NCBI GenBank assembly: GCA_035288225.1 | Contig: DATEAT010000129.1 | Location: 1,010-65,009 of the forward strand | Length of the DNA: 64,000 nt | DNA from: Anaerolineales bacterium | Lineage (GTDB): Bacteria > Chloroflexota > Anaerolineae > Anaerolineales > RBG-16-64-43 | Direction of reading: 5' to 3' | Shown: positions 54,247-63,103 of the stretch, in pieces | How the letters are laid out: each line of letters begins with the position of its first letter | How positions within the stretch are numbered: position 1 is the stretch's first letter | Notes under the pieces: model-generated | What the model saw: the letters and a program-made list of their open reading frames with translations, nothing else | The model's database searches: none | Told to the model about the DNA's origin: nothing | Position numbers and translations under genes: made by a program

Positions 54247-55836
54247 GTGACCGATCGCCATCTCGGCGCCCCCGAAGGGTGGGGCGAGAGCTTCTCCGTC
54301 AGCGACAGCGACACCGAACTGATCAACAACCTGCTCCTCGAAGCGGGCGTGCCGCTGACCTCGGAGGCCATGGCGGAAGCGGTGGTGCGCGACCGCTTGC
54401 AGCGCGAGGCGCGCCGCCGCGCCAACCTGAGCGCCAGCCAAAAGATATATCAACCCAAGTTGAGCTTCCAGGTGGGCGACGAGCTGGCCTTTCCGGCGTT
54501 GGGCTTCACGCGCGGGCGGGTCAGCGCTGTGCGCTCCGGGCACAACCCGGAGCTGGGAGCGTTCGAGGTCATTCAGGTGCAGATGGACGGCGCCCTGCGG
54601 GAGTTTGCCGCCGGCCTGCCGGCCCACAAGTTGAACGAGATCTCCCTCGAATCGCTGGCCAACCCGCAAAGCCTGTCCGCTGAGGACGTACTTCGCGACC
54701 ACGGGGCGGGCATTGCCGAGGCCCTCGAGGCTCGGCTGGGAGGCCTGGGCGAGATCGTGCGCATTGCCGGGCGCTGGTTCCCGCGGGCTCTGCTGGCGGA
54801 CATCAGCCCGGGACATCTCAACCTGGCCGAGGCCGTGCTCGACGTGGCCGGCGGCGGGCCGCTGCCCACGCCCGCGCTGCTCGAGCACATCGAGCTGCCT
54901 AAAAACATCGATCCGAGTCTGGGCGCCTTCTCGCTCGAGTATGCGCTGCAAGAAGACGATCGGTTTGACGAGGTAGGCCCAGCGGGCCAGACACTGTGGT
55001 TCCTGCGCCGGTTGGAGCCGACCGAGGTGGTCTTCCCCCCGCGACGCCTGGCTTACGAGCCGGTGGAATACGACGCCTCACGTCTCATCGAACCGCTGCG
55101 TCGCCTCGAGCGCCAACTCGAAGATGAATGGGGCCCGGCCGTTGAACCGGCCCCAGGCGAAACCGAAGTCAGCCTGACCCTGAGCTATCCCCATTGGCGG
55201 GTGGGGGCGTTACCCCTCACCACGCGCCTGGCGCGCCTCTTTCCCACCGCCTACGAGGCGCCGCGCATCCGCTTCGAGTTCGTGGATGCGGAGAACGGCA
55301 GCCGTGTGCCGGGCTGGGTGGTCCGCCCGCAGCGCTATGTCTTTGGACTGGGCGAATGGTACGCCGCCAAAGGATTGATGGCCGGCGCGTACGTGCGCGT
55401 GCGCCAGGGGGAGAAGTCCGGCGAGGTCTTGATCGAAGCCGGCTCGCGCCGACCGGTGCGCGAATGGGTACGCACGGCGGCGGTCGCCTCCGGCGGGCGG
55501 CTGACCTTCTCAATGCAAAAGCAACTCATCGGTGTGGAGTACGATGAGTTGATGGTCATCTCGGCCGCGGATGTGAACGCCGTGGACGAAGTGTGGTTGC
55601 GCAGCGGCGAGGCGCGCACCTCGCTGGCGCGGCTGGTCTCGGAGATCTTCCGCGAGGTGGCCAAGCTTAACCCACAGAGCACGGTTCACGCCCAAACCCT
55701 GTACAGTGCGGTCAACGTGGCGCGGCGCCTGCCGCCCGGCCCGATCCTGGCCGAGCTGGCTATGCGCCCGTATTTCGTGCACGTCGGGGATCTGTACTTC
55801 CGCTTCGACGAATCGCGTTGGGTGGATGTGAAATGA
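54247..55836 (+). CDS. Hypothetical protein (about 529 aa), family not recognised
   Basis: Long ORF with coding-like, Arg/Pro-poor composition and high third-position GC by eye. GTG 54247 with GAGGA RBS and an upstream promoter is preferred over ATG 54094, which would abut the kinase start codon. The stop overlaps the next start. Confidence 0.6.
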   Translation: MTDRHLGAPEGWGESFSVSDSDTELINNLLLEAGVPLTSEAMAEAVVRDRLQREARRRANLSASQKIYQPKLSFQVGDELAFPALGFTRGRVSAVRSGHNPELGAFEVIQVQMDGALREFAAGLPAHKLNEISLESLANPQSLSAEDVLRDHGAGIAEALEARLGGLGEIVRIAGRWFPRALLADISPGHLNLAEAVLDVAGGGPLPTPALLEHIELPKNIDPSLGAFSLEYALQEDDRFDEVGPAGQTLWFLRRLEPTEVVFPPRRLAYEPVEYDASRLIEPLRRLERQLEDEWGPAVEPAPGETEVSLTLSYPHWRVGALPLTTRLARLFPTAYEAPRIRFEFVDAENGSRVPGWVVRPQRYVFGLGEWYAAKGLMAGAYVRVRQGEKSGEVLIEAGSRRPVREWVRTAAVASGGRLTFSMQKQLIGVEYDELMVISAADVNAVDEVWLRSGEARTSLARLVSEIFREVAKLNPQSTVHAQTLYSAVNVARRLPPGPILAELAMRPYFVHVGDLYFRFDESRWVDVK

Positions 55837-56270
55837 GCGATCTGCCTCAGCTGGCGCGCCTCCTGAAACCCAGCCTATCGACCCCGTACCACATCGACTA
55901 CGAGTGGTGGGGCCGCGTGGACCGCGAGTGGCGGGTCTACTTGCTCTCGCATCTGTGCAGCGACCATCGTACGGCCTTGGAAGCGGTGGAAGCCGGTGAG
56001 ATGATCGACTGGGTGGAAGAAGACACGGGTGAGGTACGTCAGGTGGACGGCGTGCAGCACGCATTGATCACGCACTGTGCGAAGCAACCCGAATACCTGA
56101 CCCCGCATACCTCACTGGTGGACGCCGTATTCCGCATATTCCTGGCCAACGGCAATTCTCCGCTCAGCTTGAACGAACTCGCCGAGCGCACCGGCCGCCC
56201 GGCCTCGACCATCCTCCGAACGCTCGGCGGCGCTCGCGTGTACAAAGGGTTGCGCCCAGTCAGCGGGTGA
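55833..56270 (+). CDS. Hypothetical protein (145 aa) with a possible C-terminal winged-helix, coupled to the upstream gene
   Basis: ATGA overlap at 55833-55836. The C-terminus SLNELAERTGRPASTILRTLGGARVYKGL looks HTH-like. No family recognised. Confidence 0.6.
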   Translation: MSDLPQLARLLKPSLSTPYHIDYEWWGRVDREWRVYLLSHLCSDHRTALEAVEAGEMIDWVEEDTGEVRQVDGVQHALITHCAKQPEYLTPHTSLVDAVFRIFLANGNSPLSLNELAERTGRPASTILRTLGGARVYKGLRPVSG

Positions 56271-56347
56271 GCCGCGTTCGACCCATCGCTCCAGCCCCCC
56301 GTTCAATCTCACGCGTCCTTCGGCGGCAGGCGTCAGGCGCCGTGCAA

Positions 56348-56376
56348 TTGCAGGGCGCGTGGCTTGGATGTAGAAT
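56348..56376 (+). promoter_or_regulatory. Sigma70-like promoter for tRNA-Arg (TTGCAG-17 nt-TAGAAT)
   Basis: TTGCAG at 56348-56353, a 17-nt spacer, TAGAAT at 56371-56376. The tRNA 5' end lies 8 nt downstream. Confidence 0.5.
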
Positions 56377-56384
56377 GCCCCTAC

Positions 56385-56458
56385 GCCCCTGTAGCTCAAG
56401 TGGATAGAGCGGCGGACTTCTAATCCGCAGGTTGTGGGTTCAAGTCCCGCCAGGGGCG
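56385..56458 (+). tRNA. tRNA-Arg (anticodon TCT)
   Basis: Hand-folded 74-nt cloverleaf: acceptor GCCCCTG/CAGGGGC, anticodon stem GCGGA/TCCGC with loop CTTCTAA, T arm GTGGG-TTCAAGT-CCCGC. Confidence 0.9.
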
Positions 56459-56522
56459 CCTTGTTTGCCTCTCTCCGCCCGTCCGCGCCGCATGCCGCGT
56501 CAGGTCCACACGGAGCCCACTT

Positions 56523-58154
56523 ATGGCGAAGATCCTCACCGTCGACGAGATGCGCGCTGTCGAGAAGCAAGCCGATGCCGCCGGCCACTCCTACGCGCAG
56601 ATGATGGAACACGCCGGGCACAGCGTGTCGCGCTGGGTGGAGCACGTGTGTGGCGGGCTTCAAGGGCAGCGCGTGGTGGTGCTGTGCGGCGTGGGCAACA
56701 ACGGCGGCGACGGGCTGGTGGCCGCCCATTGGCTGCATCACGGCGGGGCTGAGGTCGAGGTCTTCCTCGCGAAAGCACGCCCGGCGAGCGATGAGAACGC
56801 TGCCCGCCTCGTGGCCGAGGGCCTGGCGCTCCACGTTCCGCGTGATGAGAACGCCTACGAGGAATTGGCCAACGCATTGGCCGCGGCCGACGTCTTCCTC
56901 GATGCGCTGCTCGGAACGGGAACCCGCCTGCCGCTGAAGGATCCGGTGCCCAGGCTGCTGGCTGCGGTGGCCACGGGTCTCGCCGCGGCGCCGCGCCGGC
57001 CGCTCGTCGTCGCACTGGATTGCCCCTCGGGTGTCGATTGCGATTCTGGCGCGGCCGCGGCCGAAACGGTGCGCGCCGATCTGACCGTTACCCTGGCTGC
57101 GGCCAAGGCGGGTCTCTTGCGATTCCCTGGGGCCGAGCTAGTCGGACGGCTGGTCATTGGCGACATCGGCCTGCCCCTCGGGTTCGCGCCACTCGAGAAG
57201 GTGAGTCTGTGGCTGGCAGAGCCTGGGCTGTTGCGGGCGTGGATCCCCGCCCGCCCACGCAGCGCACACAAGGGCACCTTCGGCCGGGTGGTGGTTGTGG
57301 CCGGCTCGATCAACTATCCCGGGGCCGCGCTGCTGAGCGGTGAAGCGGCGTACCGCGTAGGCGCGGGCCTGGTGACCCTGGCCACGCCTGCACCCGTCTA
57401 CAAGGTGATTGTCCCACGCCTGCCCGAAGCCACCTGGATGATCTTGCCGGACGAGATGGGGGTGGTGGCCGAATCGGCGGTGGAGGTACTTGAACGCGAG
57501 ATGGGCCAAGCGCAAGCTATGGTCTTTGGACCGGGGTTCGGCGTGGAGAAGGCGACGGCCGGTTTCGTTCGGCGGTTGATGGGCGTGGAGGAGGCGCCCC
57601 ATCCGACGAGAATGGGATTCGGCTCCAATCATTCTGCATCGAGTGCGGCGCATGGGTGGCCGCCGATGGTGATCGATGCGGATGGGCTCAAGCTCCTCGC
57701 CCAGGTCGACCAGTGGTGGACGCATGTGCCTGCGGGAAGTATTGTCACGCCTCACCCAGGCGAAATGGCCATGTTGGCCGGCCTCTCCAAAGAGGAAGTT
57801 CAAGCCGATCGCATTGGCCTCGCGCAGCGCTGCGCGCGCGACTGGGGCGTGGTGGTCGTACTCAAAGGCGCGTTCACAGTAGTCGCAGCGCCGACGGGCG
57901 AGACGGCCGTCGAGCCGTTCGCGACTGCGGCGCTGGCGCGGGCCGGCACGGGCGATGTGCTCACCGGCGCGATCGCGGGTCTTGTGGCGCAAGGGCTGAC
58001 CGCTTGGCACGCGGCGGTCCTAGGTGCCTATGTCCACGGACGCGCGGGCGAATTGGCCGAAGAGGAGTTGCAGACATCGGCCGCGGTGCTTGCGGGCGAT
58101 GTAGCCCAGTCGCTGGGTTCGGCGTTGGCCGAGCTCAACGAGAAGGCGCCGTGA
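56523..58154 (+). CDS. nnr: Bifunctional NAD(P)H-hydrate repair enzyme (epimerase / ADP-dependent dehydratase)
   Basis: YjeF_N part (VVVLCGVGNNGGDGLVAA) and a C-terminal carbohydrate-kinase part (KGTFGRVVVVAGS..YPGAALL...VIDADGL...GTGDVLTGAIAG). Confidence 0.9.
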   Translation: MAKILTVDEMRAVEKQADAAGHSYAQMMEHAGHSVSRWVEHVCGGLQGQRVVVLCGVGNNGGDGLVAAHWLHHGGAEVEVFLAKARPASDENAARLVAEGLALHVPRDENAYEELANALAAADVFLDALLGTGTRLPLKDPVPRLLAAVATGLAAAPRRPLVVALDCPSGVDCDSGAAAAETVRADLTVTLAAAKAGLLRFPGAELVGRLVIGDIGLPLGFAPLEKVSLWLAEPGLLRAWIPARPRSAHKGTFGRVVVVAGSINYPGAALLSGEAAYRVGAGLVTLATPAPVYKVIVPRLPEATWMILPDEMGVVAESAVEVLEREMGQAQAMVFGPGFGVEKATAGFVRRLMGVEEAPHPTRMGFGSNHSASSAAHGWPPMVIDADGLKLLAQVDQWWTHVPAGSIVTPHPGEMAMLAGLSKEEVQADRIGLAQRCARDWGVVVVLKGAFTVVAAPTGETAVEPFATAALARAGTGDVLTGAIAGLVAQGLTAWHAAVLGAYVHGRAGELAEEELQTSAAVLAGDVAQSLGSALAELNEKAP

Positions 58155-58189
58155 GGCGGGCGGTGCCTCACGGCTGCGTGTTGCGAAGC

Positions 58190-59221
58190 CTAAGGGCCGA
58201 TTGGCGTCGCGGGAGGCGGTGTGGGGTTGACCTGCAGCGGATGCCCGGAGTGGATGAGCAAGAAGGTGGTCTGGCCGGGTAGCACCTGGAACACCTCGTC
58301 GTACTTCTTCCACCACACCCACACCGTAATGCGGTAGTAGCCGGCCGGCAAATCACTCACCACGAAGTTCTCGTTGTATTCGTCATCGGGGTGGGCCACG
58401 TCGTCGATGTAAGTCCAGCTGCGCCACACGCGACCCGTGTCGAGTGAGGTGATGGTGAAGCTCTTCTTGGGGATCGGCCAGTCATCCACCGATTCGATGC
58501 GCCCGGCCACCACGCCCCAGCCCTGAGGCGGTACCAGCCACAGCTCGGGGTTGCGTGTCGCGAAGAAGGAATCCTCGCCGACTCGCACCTCGAAATGCAG
58601 GTGCGCGCCGGTTACCTTGCCGGTGGCGCCCACCTCTCCGATTTGCTCCCCCGCATGGACATATTGCCCGACCTTGACGTTGACCGCGCGCATGTGGGCA
58701 TAGGCGGTGTAGACCGGCTTGCCCTCAAAACCAAAGTCGTGCTGGATAGACACGGCCAGCCCGTAAGGGTCATCGCGATTGGGGTAGTGGCCGAAAAGCC
58801 CGTAGCCGGCCCACATGACGACTCCATCGGCCGCCGCCAGCACCGGGTGCCCGCTGGGGGTGGACATGTCGATACCGGAGTGGGTGTGCATGTCATCGAA
58901 GTAGTTGCCGCCATAACGGTACTCGGGGTTCGGCCAATTGACCTCGCCCGAGGCGATTGGGCGGGCGAACCAGAAATGGTCTTCCGGGCGGAGTTGGAGC
59001 GGAATGCGATAAGGTGGAGGGCGCAATCCCTCCGGGCGCGTGTCGACCGTGAGCGGCATGGGGGCAAGGATCGGTGGTTCGGCCGGGATGGGCGTGGGAG
59101 TCTGAAACACCGCGGTGACCTGCGCCGCGGCCGCCGGGGCGGGCGATGCATCCGTCGCAAGCAATGCTTCGCCGCTCATCAAACCCACCACCAGAACAAT
59201 CAGGCTCAACACATACTTCAT
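58190..59221 (-). CDS. M23 family metallopeptidase with an extra C-terminal beta domain
   Basis: RBS GGAG before ATG 59221. Signal peptide MKYVLSLIVLVVGLMSGEALLA. HSGIDMSTP...AYAHM...GATGKVTGAHLHFEV. Confidence 0.85.
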   Translation of the reverse strand: MKYVLSLIVLVVGLMSGEALLATDASPAPAAAAQVTAVFQTPTPIPAEPPILAPMPLTVDTRPEGLRPPPYRIPLQLRPEDHFWFARPIASGEVNWPNPEYRYGGNYFDDMHTHSGIDMSTPSGHPVLAAADGVVMWAGYGLFGHYPNRDDPYGLAVSIQHDFGFEGKPVYTAYAHMRAVNVKVGQYVHAGEQIGEVGATGKVTGAHLHFEVRVGEDSFFATRNPELWLVPPQGWGVVAGRIESVDDWPIPKKSFTITSLDTGRVWRSWTYIDDVAHPDDEYNENFVVSDLPAGYYRITVWVWWKKYDEVFQVLPGQTTFLLIHSGHPLQVNPTPPPATPIGP

Positions 59222-59232
59222 CGAGGCCGCTC

Positions 59233-61083
59233 CTAATAGGTCGGCGTCGGCCAGCGCGTGTCGCTTGGGCGCGGACCAAACCAGTACTGATAGATGCGCG
59301 GCGTCGGCGTGATGGAGGGCGTCGGCGTGAGGAAAGCCTCCAACGGGAAGAGCTCGCCCATCGCCGCAGCCCAGTCGAGTCCGTCGGCGGCACGGAATTC
59401 CCAATAACGAATCCCGGAATAGAAGGAGCGCCAGTTGGCGTCGGCGGCTACCCGCAGCCAGCCATGTTCAGCGGCGAGCAGGGTGAAATCCTCGTAGTAG
59501 CCGGGCGGAAGCGTGCTGCGATAGGCGCCGCCCCGGTCATAATCGGAAGGTGAGCCGGAGGCGCGCGCTTCGAAATCCCACGGCGCATCGCGCAGCGGTT
59601 CGCCCATCGATCCATCCTGGGCACGAGTGCGCAAGTAGAGATGCCAGTAGGTGTATTGTCCGAGCGGCTCGGGGACGACTTCCAGCCAACCCTGCACAGC
59701 CGCGGCACGGGCGATCGCAATCGTGCGCCCAGTGCGGAACCACGAAAGTTCATCCTGCGGCGGGCGCGGGGCGCCGGGCCCAATCACGGCGCTGTCGAGG
59801 GTCCCCAGGAAATCCCACCCGGCGTCCGATTGGATCCTTTGGCGCAGAACTCCAAACCGGTCGACCACGGAGCTGCTCAGGCGTGCATCCGGCGCCTGAA
59901 CATTGATGGCGGTCAGAGTCGCACCGAGCGGACCGGCATGCACGGTGGCCGCGGCTGTGGCGGCCGAGGCGGCCAGTTGGGAGGCGTTGGCCTGCAACCA
60001 GTCCGGCAGCGGATCGGACAGAGGTTTGGCTGTCCAACTGATGCCGCCAAGATAGCCTTCCAGAGGAAGTACCGACGGCGCCAGGACCGAGGTGGGCGGT
60101 GCCACCTGCAAGAACGAGGTCAGCGCGCTCGGATAGAAGGAAGAAGCCAATCGGTCGCCGGTGGGGCTCCAGACCGGGCGCACGCCCTGAGCGGCGGTCT
60201 GGGGCGGCGCCTGCAAATCATCCAGGGATTGGACGAACACCCAGCGGTAGCCGTTCTCTACCGCGGTAAAGGCGAGGCGCTGCGCGTCCGGGCTGAAAAC
60301 CGGGTCGCCCTCGTCCACCTCGGCTGTATGGGTCAGCTCGCGTGATTGGAGCGTGTCCAAATCGAGAAGATAGAGGTCGGTTCCCTTTTCGCGTCGCGAG
60401 GCGAAGGCGATCGAACGGCCTTGCGGCGACCACGAGGGAGCGAATGACGAGAAGGGACCTTCATCGCACCAGGCAGGTGAGCCGCCCGCGGTTGCGAGAA
60501 TGCAGATGCTCATGCGCGTGGCGGCGAAGTGCTCGTAGACAATCCACTGGCCATCGGGCGACCAGGCGGGACGGCCGTCGTAGTCGAGCGAATCGGTGAG
60601 CCGGCGGGTCTCTCCGCTCGCCAGATCGGTCAGGTAGATATCCCAGTTGCCGTCGCGGCGCGAGGCATAAGCCAGCGCGGTGCCCTGAGGATTGAATGCC
60701 GGGTCGCGGTCATCGCTGCCCAGCGCGAGCGGCAATGCATCGGGGCTGCCGAGCGGCAGGAGAAAAACGGTCGACCGACCATCGCGGCGCAAGGCGTAAG
60801 CGATCGTCCCGGACTCGAGCAGGAGGTTGACAGGCGTGGGAACTGAGAGCGACGGTGTGGGCGGTGGAGGGGTCTGGCTCGCTGTGGGCGAGGGGGACGA
60901 GATCGGCTCGGGGGTTGCCGCCGCGGTGAGCGTCAGGTGTTGCGAGTCGACGGTAGGCGAACTCGAGGGCGCCTGGCCCCCAAGGAGCCCCGCCAGCGAA
61001 GAACCGCACGCGCTGAGCAACAGCCCCAGGCAGCAAATTGCCATCACGTGCGTCGCCAGCGCGGCGGCCCTTGACGCGGACAT
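59233..61083 (-). CDS. TolB-like (PD40/WD40 beta-propeller) lipoprotein with an uncharacterised C-terminal domain
   Basis: From ATG 61083: signal/lipobox AICCLGLLLSAC, Pro/Ser/Thr linker, repeated PD40-type units (DPAFNPQGTALAYASRRDGNWDIYL; GRPAWSPDGQWIVYE; APSWSPQGRSIAFAS; DPVFSPDAQRLAF; PVWSPTGDRLA). Confidence 0.75.
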   Translation of the reverse strand: MSASRAAALATHVMAICCLGLLLSACGSSLAGLLGGQAPSSSPTVDSQHLTLTAAATPEPISSPSPTASQTPPPPTPSLSVPTPVNLLLESGTIAYALRRDGRSTVFLLPLGSPDALPLALGSDDRDPAFNPQGTALAYASRRDGNWDIYLTDLASGETRRLTDSLDYDGRPAWSPDGQWIVYEHFAATRMSICILATAGGSPAWCDEGPFSSFAPSWSPQGRSIAFASRREKGTDLYLLDLDTLQSRELTHTAEVDEGDPVFSPDAQRLAFTAVENGYRWVFVQSLDDLQAPPQTAAQGVRPVWSPTGDRLASSFYPSALTSFLQVAPPTSVLAPSVLPLEGYLGGISWTAKPLSDPLPDWLQANASQLAASAATAAATVHAGPLGATLTAINVQAPDARLSSSVVDRFGVLRQRIQSDAGWDFLGTLDSAVIGPGAPRPPQDELSWFRTGRTIAIARAAAVQGWLEVVPEPLGQYTYWHLYLRTRAQDGSMGEPLRDAPWDFEARASGSPSDYDRGGAYRSTLPPGYYEDFTLLAAEHGWLRVAADANWRSFYSGIRYWEFRAADGLDWAAAMGELFPLEAFLTPTPSITPTPRIYQYWFGPRPSDTRWPTPTY

Positions 61084-61238
61084 GCGCGGATTATACCGTT
61101 GGGATTCCAGCCGGCTCTTCGCCGCGAAGGATACTGATGCGCGAGGAAATCGGAGCATCCGGGTAGCATCCATGGACGGAGGCGACCGTATGTCACAACC
61201 GTCGGTTCTTTGGGTGCAACAGCCGTGCCAGGAAGAAT

Positions 61239-61545
61239 CTGTGCTCTGGATCGTCATTCCCGCGTGGTCCTAGCGGGAATCCAGGAGGTCATCCTTGTCG
61301 GCTGACCTGCTGCGAAATTGGGGAAGAAGCGACTTGCAGATCAAGGTCACCGATCACTGGGTCCCCGCCTCTTGCACGCGGGGACGACGCACAAGATGCT
61401 CGTCATTCCCGCGTGGTCCTAGCGGGAATCCAGAAGATCATTCCGGAACCTGACCCTCTCCGCAATCGGGGTAGGTAGGGCGTGCAGATTACGATCGCCG
61501 AACACTGCGTCCCCGCTTGGAACACGCGGGGACGACGCGGGCAGA
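61239..61545 (-). repeat. Two further copies of the hairpin A / hairpin B composite element, inverted relative to the 39-41 kb copies
   Basis: Plus strand: hairpin A ATTCCCGC-gtggtccta-GCGGGAAT at 61256-61280 and 61405-61429. Hairpin B GTCCCCGC-ctcttgcac-GCGGGGAC at 61361-61385 and GTCCCCGC-ttggaacac-GCGGGGAC at 61509-61533. The A-B linkers are about 75 nt. Confidence 0.85.
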
Positions 61546-61579
61546 AACGTCCCCAAGTCCGTTGTGAAACACGTGAGAG

Positions 61580-61951
61580 TCAATAGTACGAAGAAGGAGG
61601 AGCGATCTTGAGGGTGGTCTCTGCTGTATCCTGTGGCGGATCTTCGCCGAACTGCAGCACCGCCTGCACACGGTGAAGACCAGGCTCGATCTCGCCTCGC
61701 ACGTGGACCGTAAGCTCTATGTCGTGCGCATCGCTCTCGATTACCGAGAGCGAGCCGGCGACGCGGCCGGAAGGGCTAATCACCTCAACATGGAGCGTGG
61801 GACGTTCCTGGAAGGGGGTTAGGACGACGCGCAAGTGAATGCGCCGCCCATCGCCGTAAGGCAGCGCGCTGATCGATGTGATCCGGACTTCATTGCGTGG
61901 CCGGCCGTTCGGATTGACAGGCGTGAGATTGAATTCCATCGTCGGCGGCAT
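61580..61951 (-). CDS. Hypothetical small protein (123 aa)
   Basis: Beta-rich ORF (EVRITSISALPYGDGRRIHLRVVLTPF...LHVEVISPSGRVAGSLSV...HRVQAVLQFG). No family recognised. Divergent from fdhD. Confidence 0.45.
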   Translation of the reverse strand: MPPTMEFNLTPVNPNGRPRNEVRITSISALPYGDGRRIHLRVVLTPFQERPTLHVEVISPSGRVAGSLSVIESDAHDIELTVHVRGEIEPGLHRVQAVLQFGEDPPQDTAETTLKIAPPSSYY

Positions 61952-62095
61952 TATAATTCACGCCTTCCCACTCCCGATGTGAACGCGCGCTGTGCACGCC
62001 GTGTGCCTCATCGCCCATCACATCTCAGCAATTCACCTGATCTCATTGGCGCCGCCGTATCGCGCGCTGCGCCCGGCGCGGCTTCAGGCCAGGAC

Positions 62096-62983
62096 ATGTC
62101 GCCTCGAAAAGACCGAGATGCTCCGCGCCCTGGGATGCGCGGTGCCGCACCAGCCGAGACACCGGGCCGTCGCGAGCCTGCGCCGCGTCCGGATAGCTCG
62201 TTCCCCGGCGCGGTGGCAGCAGGCTACCAGCTTTATGAAGAAGGATCCTGGCGCGAGGCGCCGGGCGGCCTGGTTGTAGAGGAATTCGAGTTGTGCCTAT
62301 ATGTCAACGGCCAGGAATTAGCGACCATGGCGGCCACGCCGGTCGACCAGGAAGTACTCGGGCTGGGGTTCCTGGCCAACCAGGGGCTGATCCAAAGCCT
62401 GGCCGAAGTGCGCGAGTTGCACTTGAGCCACGAAGGCTCATGCGTCGACATCTGGCTCGACCACGACATCGACCCACCGACGCGCAAGGTGCTGACCTCC
62501 GGTTGCAGTGGAGGCATCACCTTCGGCACTCTGGTTCAGCGGCTGGTTCCACTGCAGGCCAGCCCGGGCATGTCGGTGGATGACATCGTGGCCGGCATGG
62601 CGGCGCTGCAGAGGGCGGGAGTGCTTTACCCCCATACGCGCGGCGTTCACACCTCCATTCTGTGGCGAGGCGGCCAGGTGCTGGCCTCGGCCGAGGATGT
62701 CGGCCGCCACAACACGCTCGACAAACTGCGCGGGCACTGTCTGCGTGGCGGCATCGACCCGCAAGGCGCGTGCCTGATATCCACCGGGCGCATCAGCAGC
62801 GAGATGATCACCAAAGCGGCGCGCATGGGTTGCCCGGTTGTCGTCTCGCGCACCTCCGCCACCAGCCTGTCGGTCGCCCTGGCCCGCGAGTGGAACATCA
62901 CTCTGGTCGGGTATCTGCGCTCGCACCCTGGGCGACAGGGGCGCATGCTGGTCTACAGCCACCCGCAACGCATTCTGGCCTGA
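62096..62983 (+). CDS. fdhD: Formate dehydrogenase accessory sulfurtransferase FdhD
   Basis: LVVEEFELCLYVNGQELATMAATPVDQEVLGLGFL, TSGCSGGITFG, DVGRHNTLDKL and SGRISSEMITKAARMGCPVVVSRTSATSL. ATG 62096 chosen as start (alternative ATG 62135). Confidence 0.85.
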   Translation: MSPRKDRDAPRPGMRGAAPAETPGRREPAPRPDSSFPGAVAAGYQLYEEGSWREAPGGLVVEEFELCLYVNGQELATMAATPVDQEVLGLGFLANQGLIQSLAEVRELHLSHEGSCVDIWLDHDIDPPTRKVLTSGCSGGITFGTLVQRLVPLQASPGMSVDDIVAGMAALQRAGVLYPHTRGVHTSILWRGGQVLASAEDVGRHNTLDKLRGHCLRGGIDPQGACLISTGRISSEMITKAARMGCPVVVSRTSATSLSVALAREWNITLVGYLRSHPGRQGRMLVYSHPQRILA

Positions 62984-63103
62984 GGCCCGGCGCCGCTCGC
63001 CCTAAGCGAGGCTGCGCCCGAGAAAAATGCCTGTGCTACAATCTCTGGACACGCCATGCGCGCACTCCCCGCGCACATTTGGGGAGTGAAGCTGGAGGCG
63101 GAG

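Noticed and set aside
56112-56834. A 240-aa minus-strand ORF.
   Set aside because: It runs straight through tRNA-Arg (56385-56458) and is antisense to the start of nnr. Its composition is noise-like.
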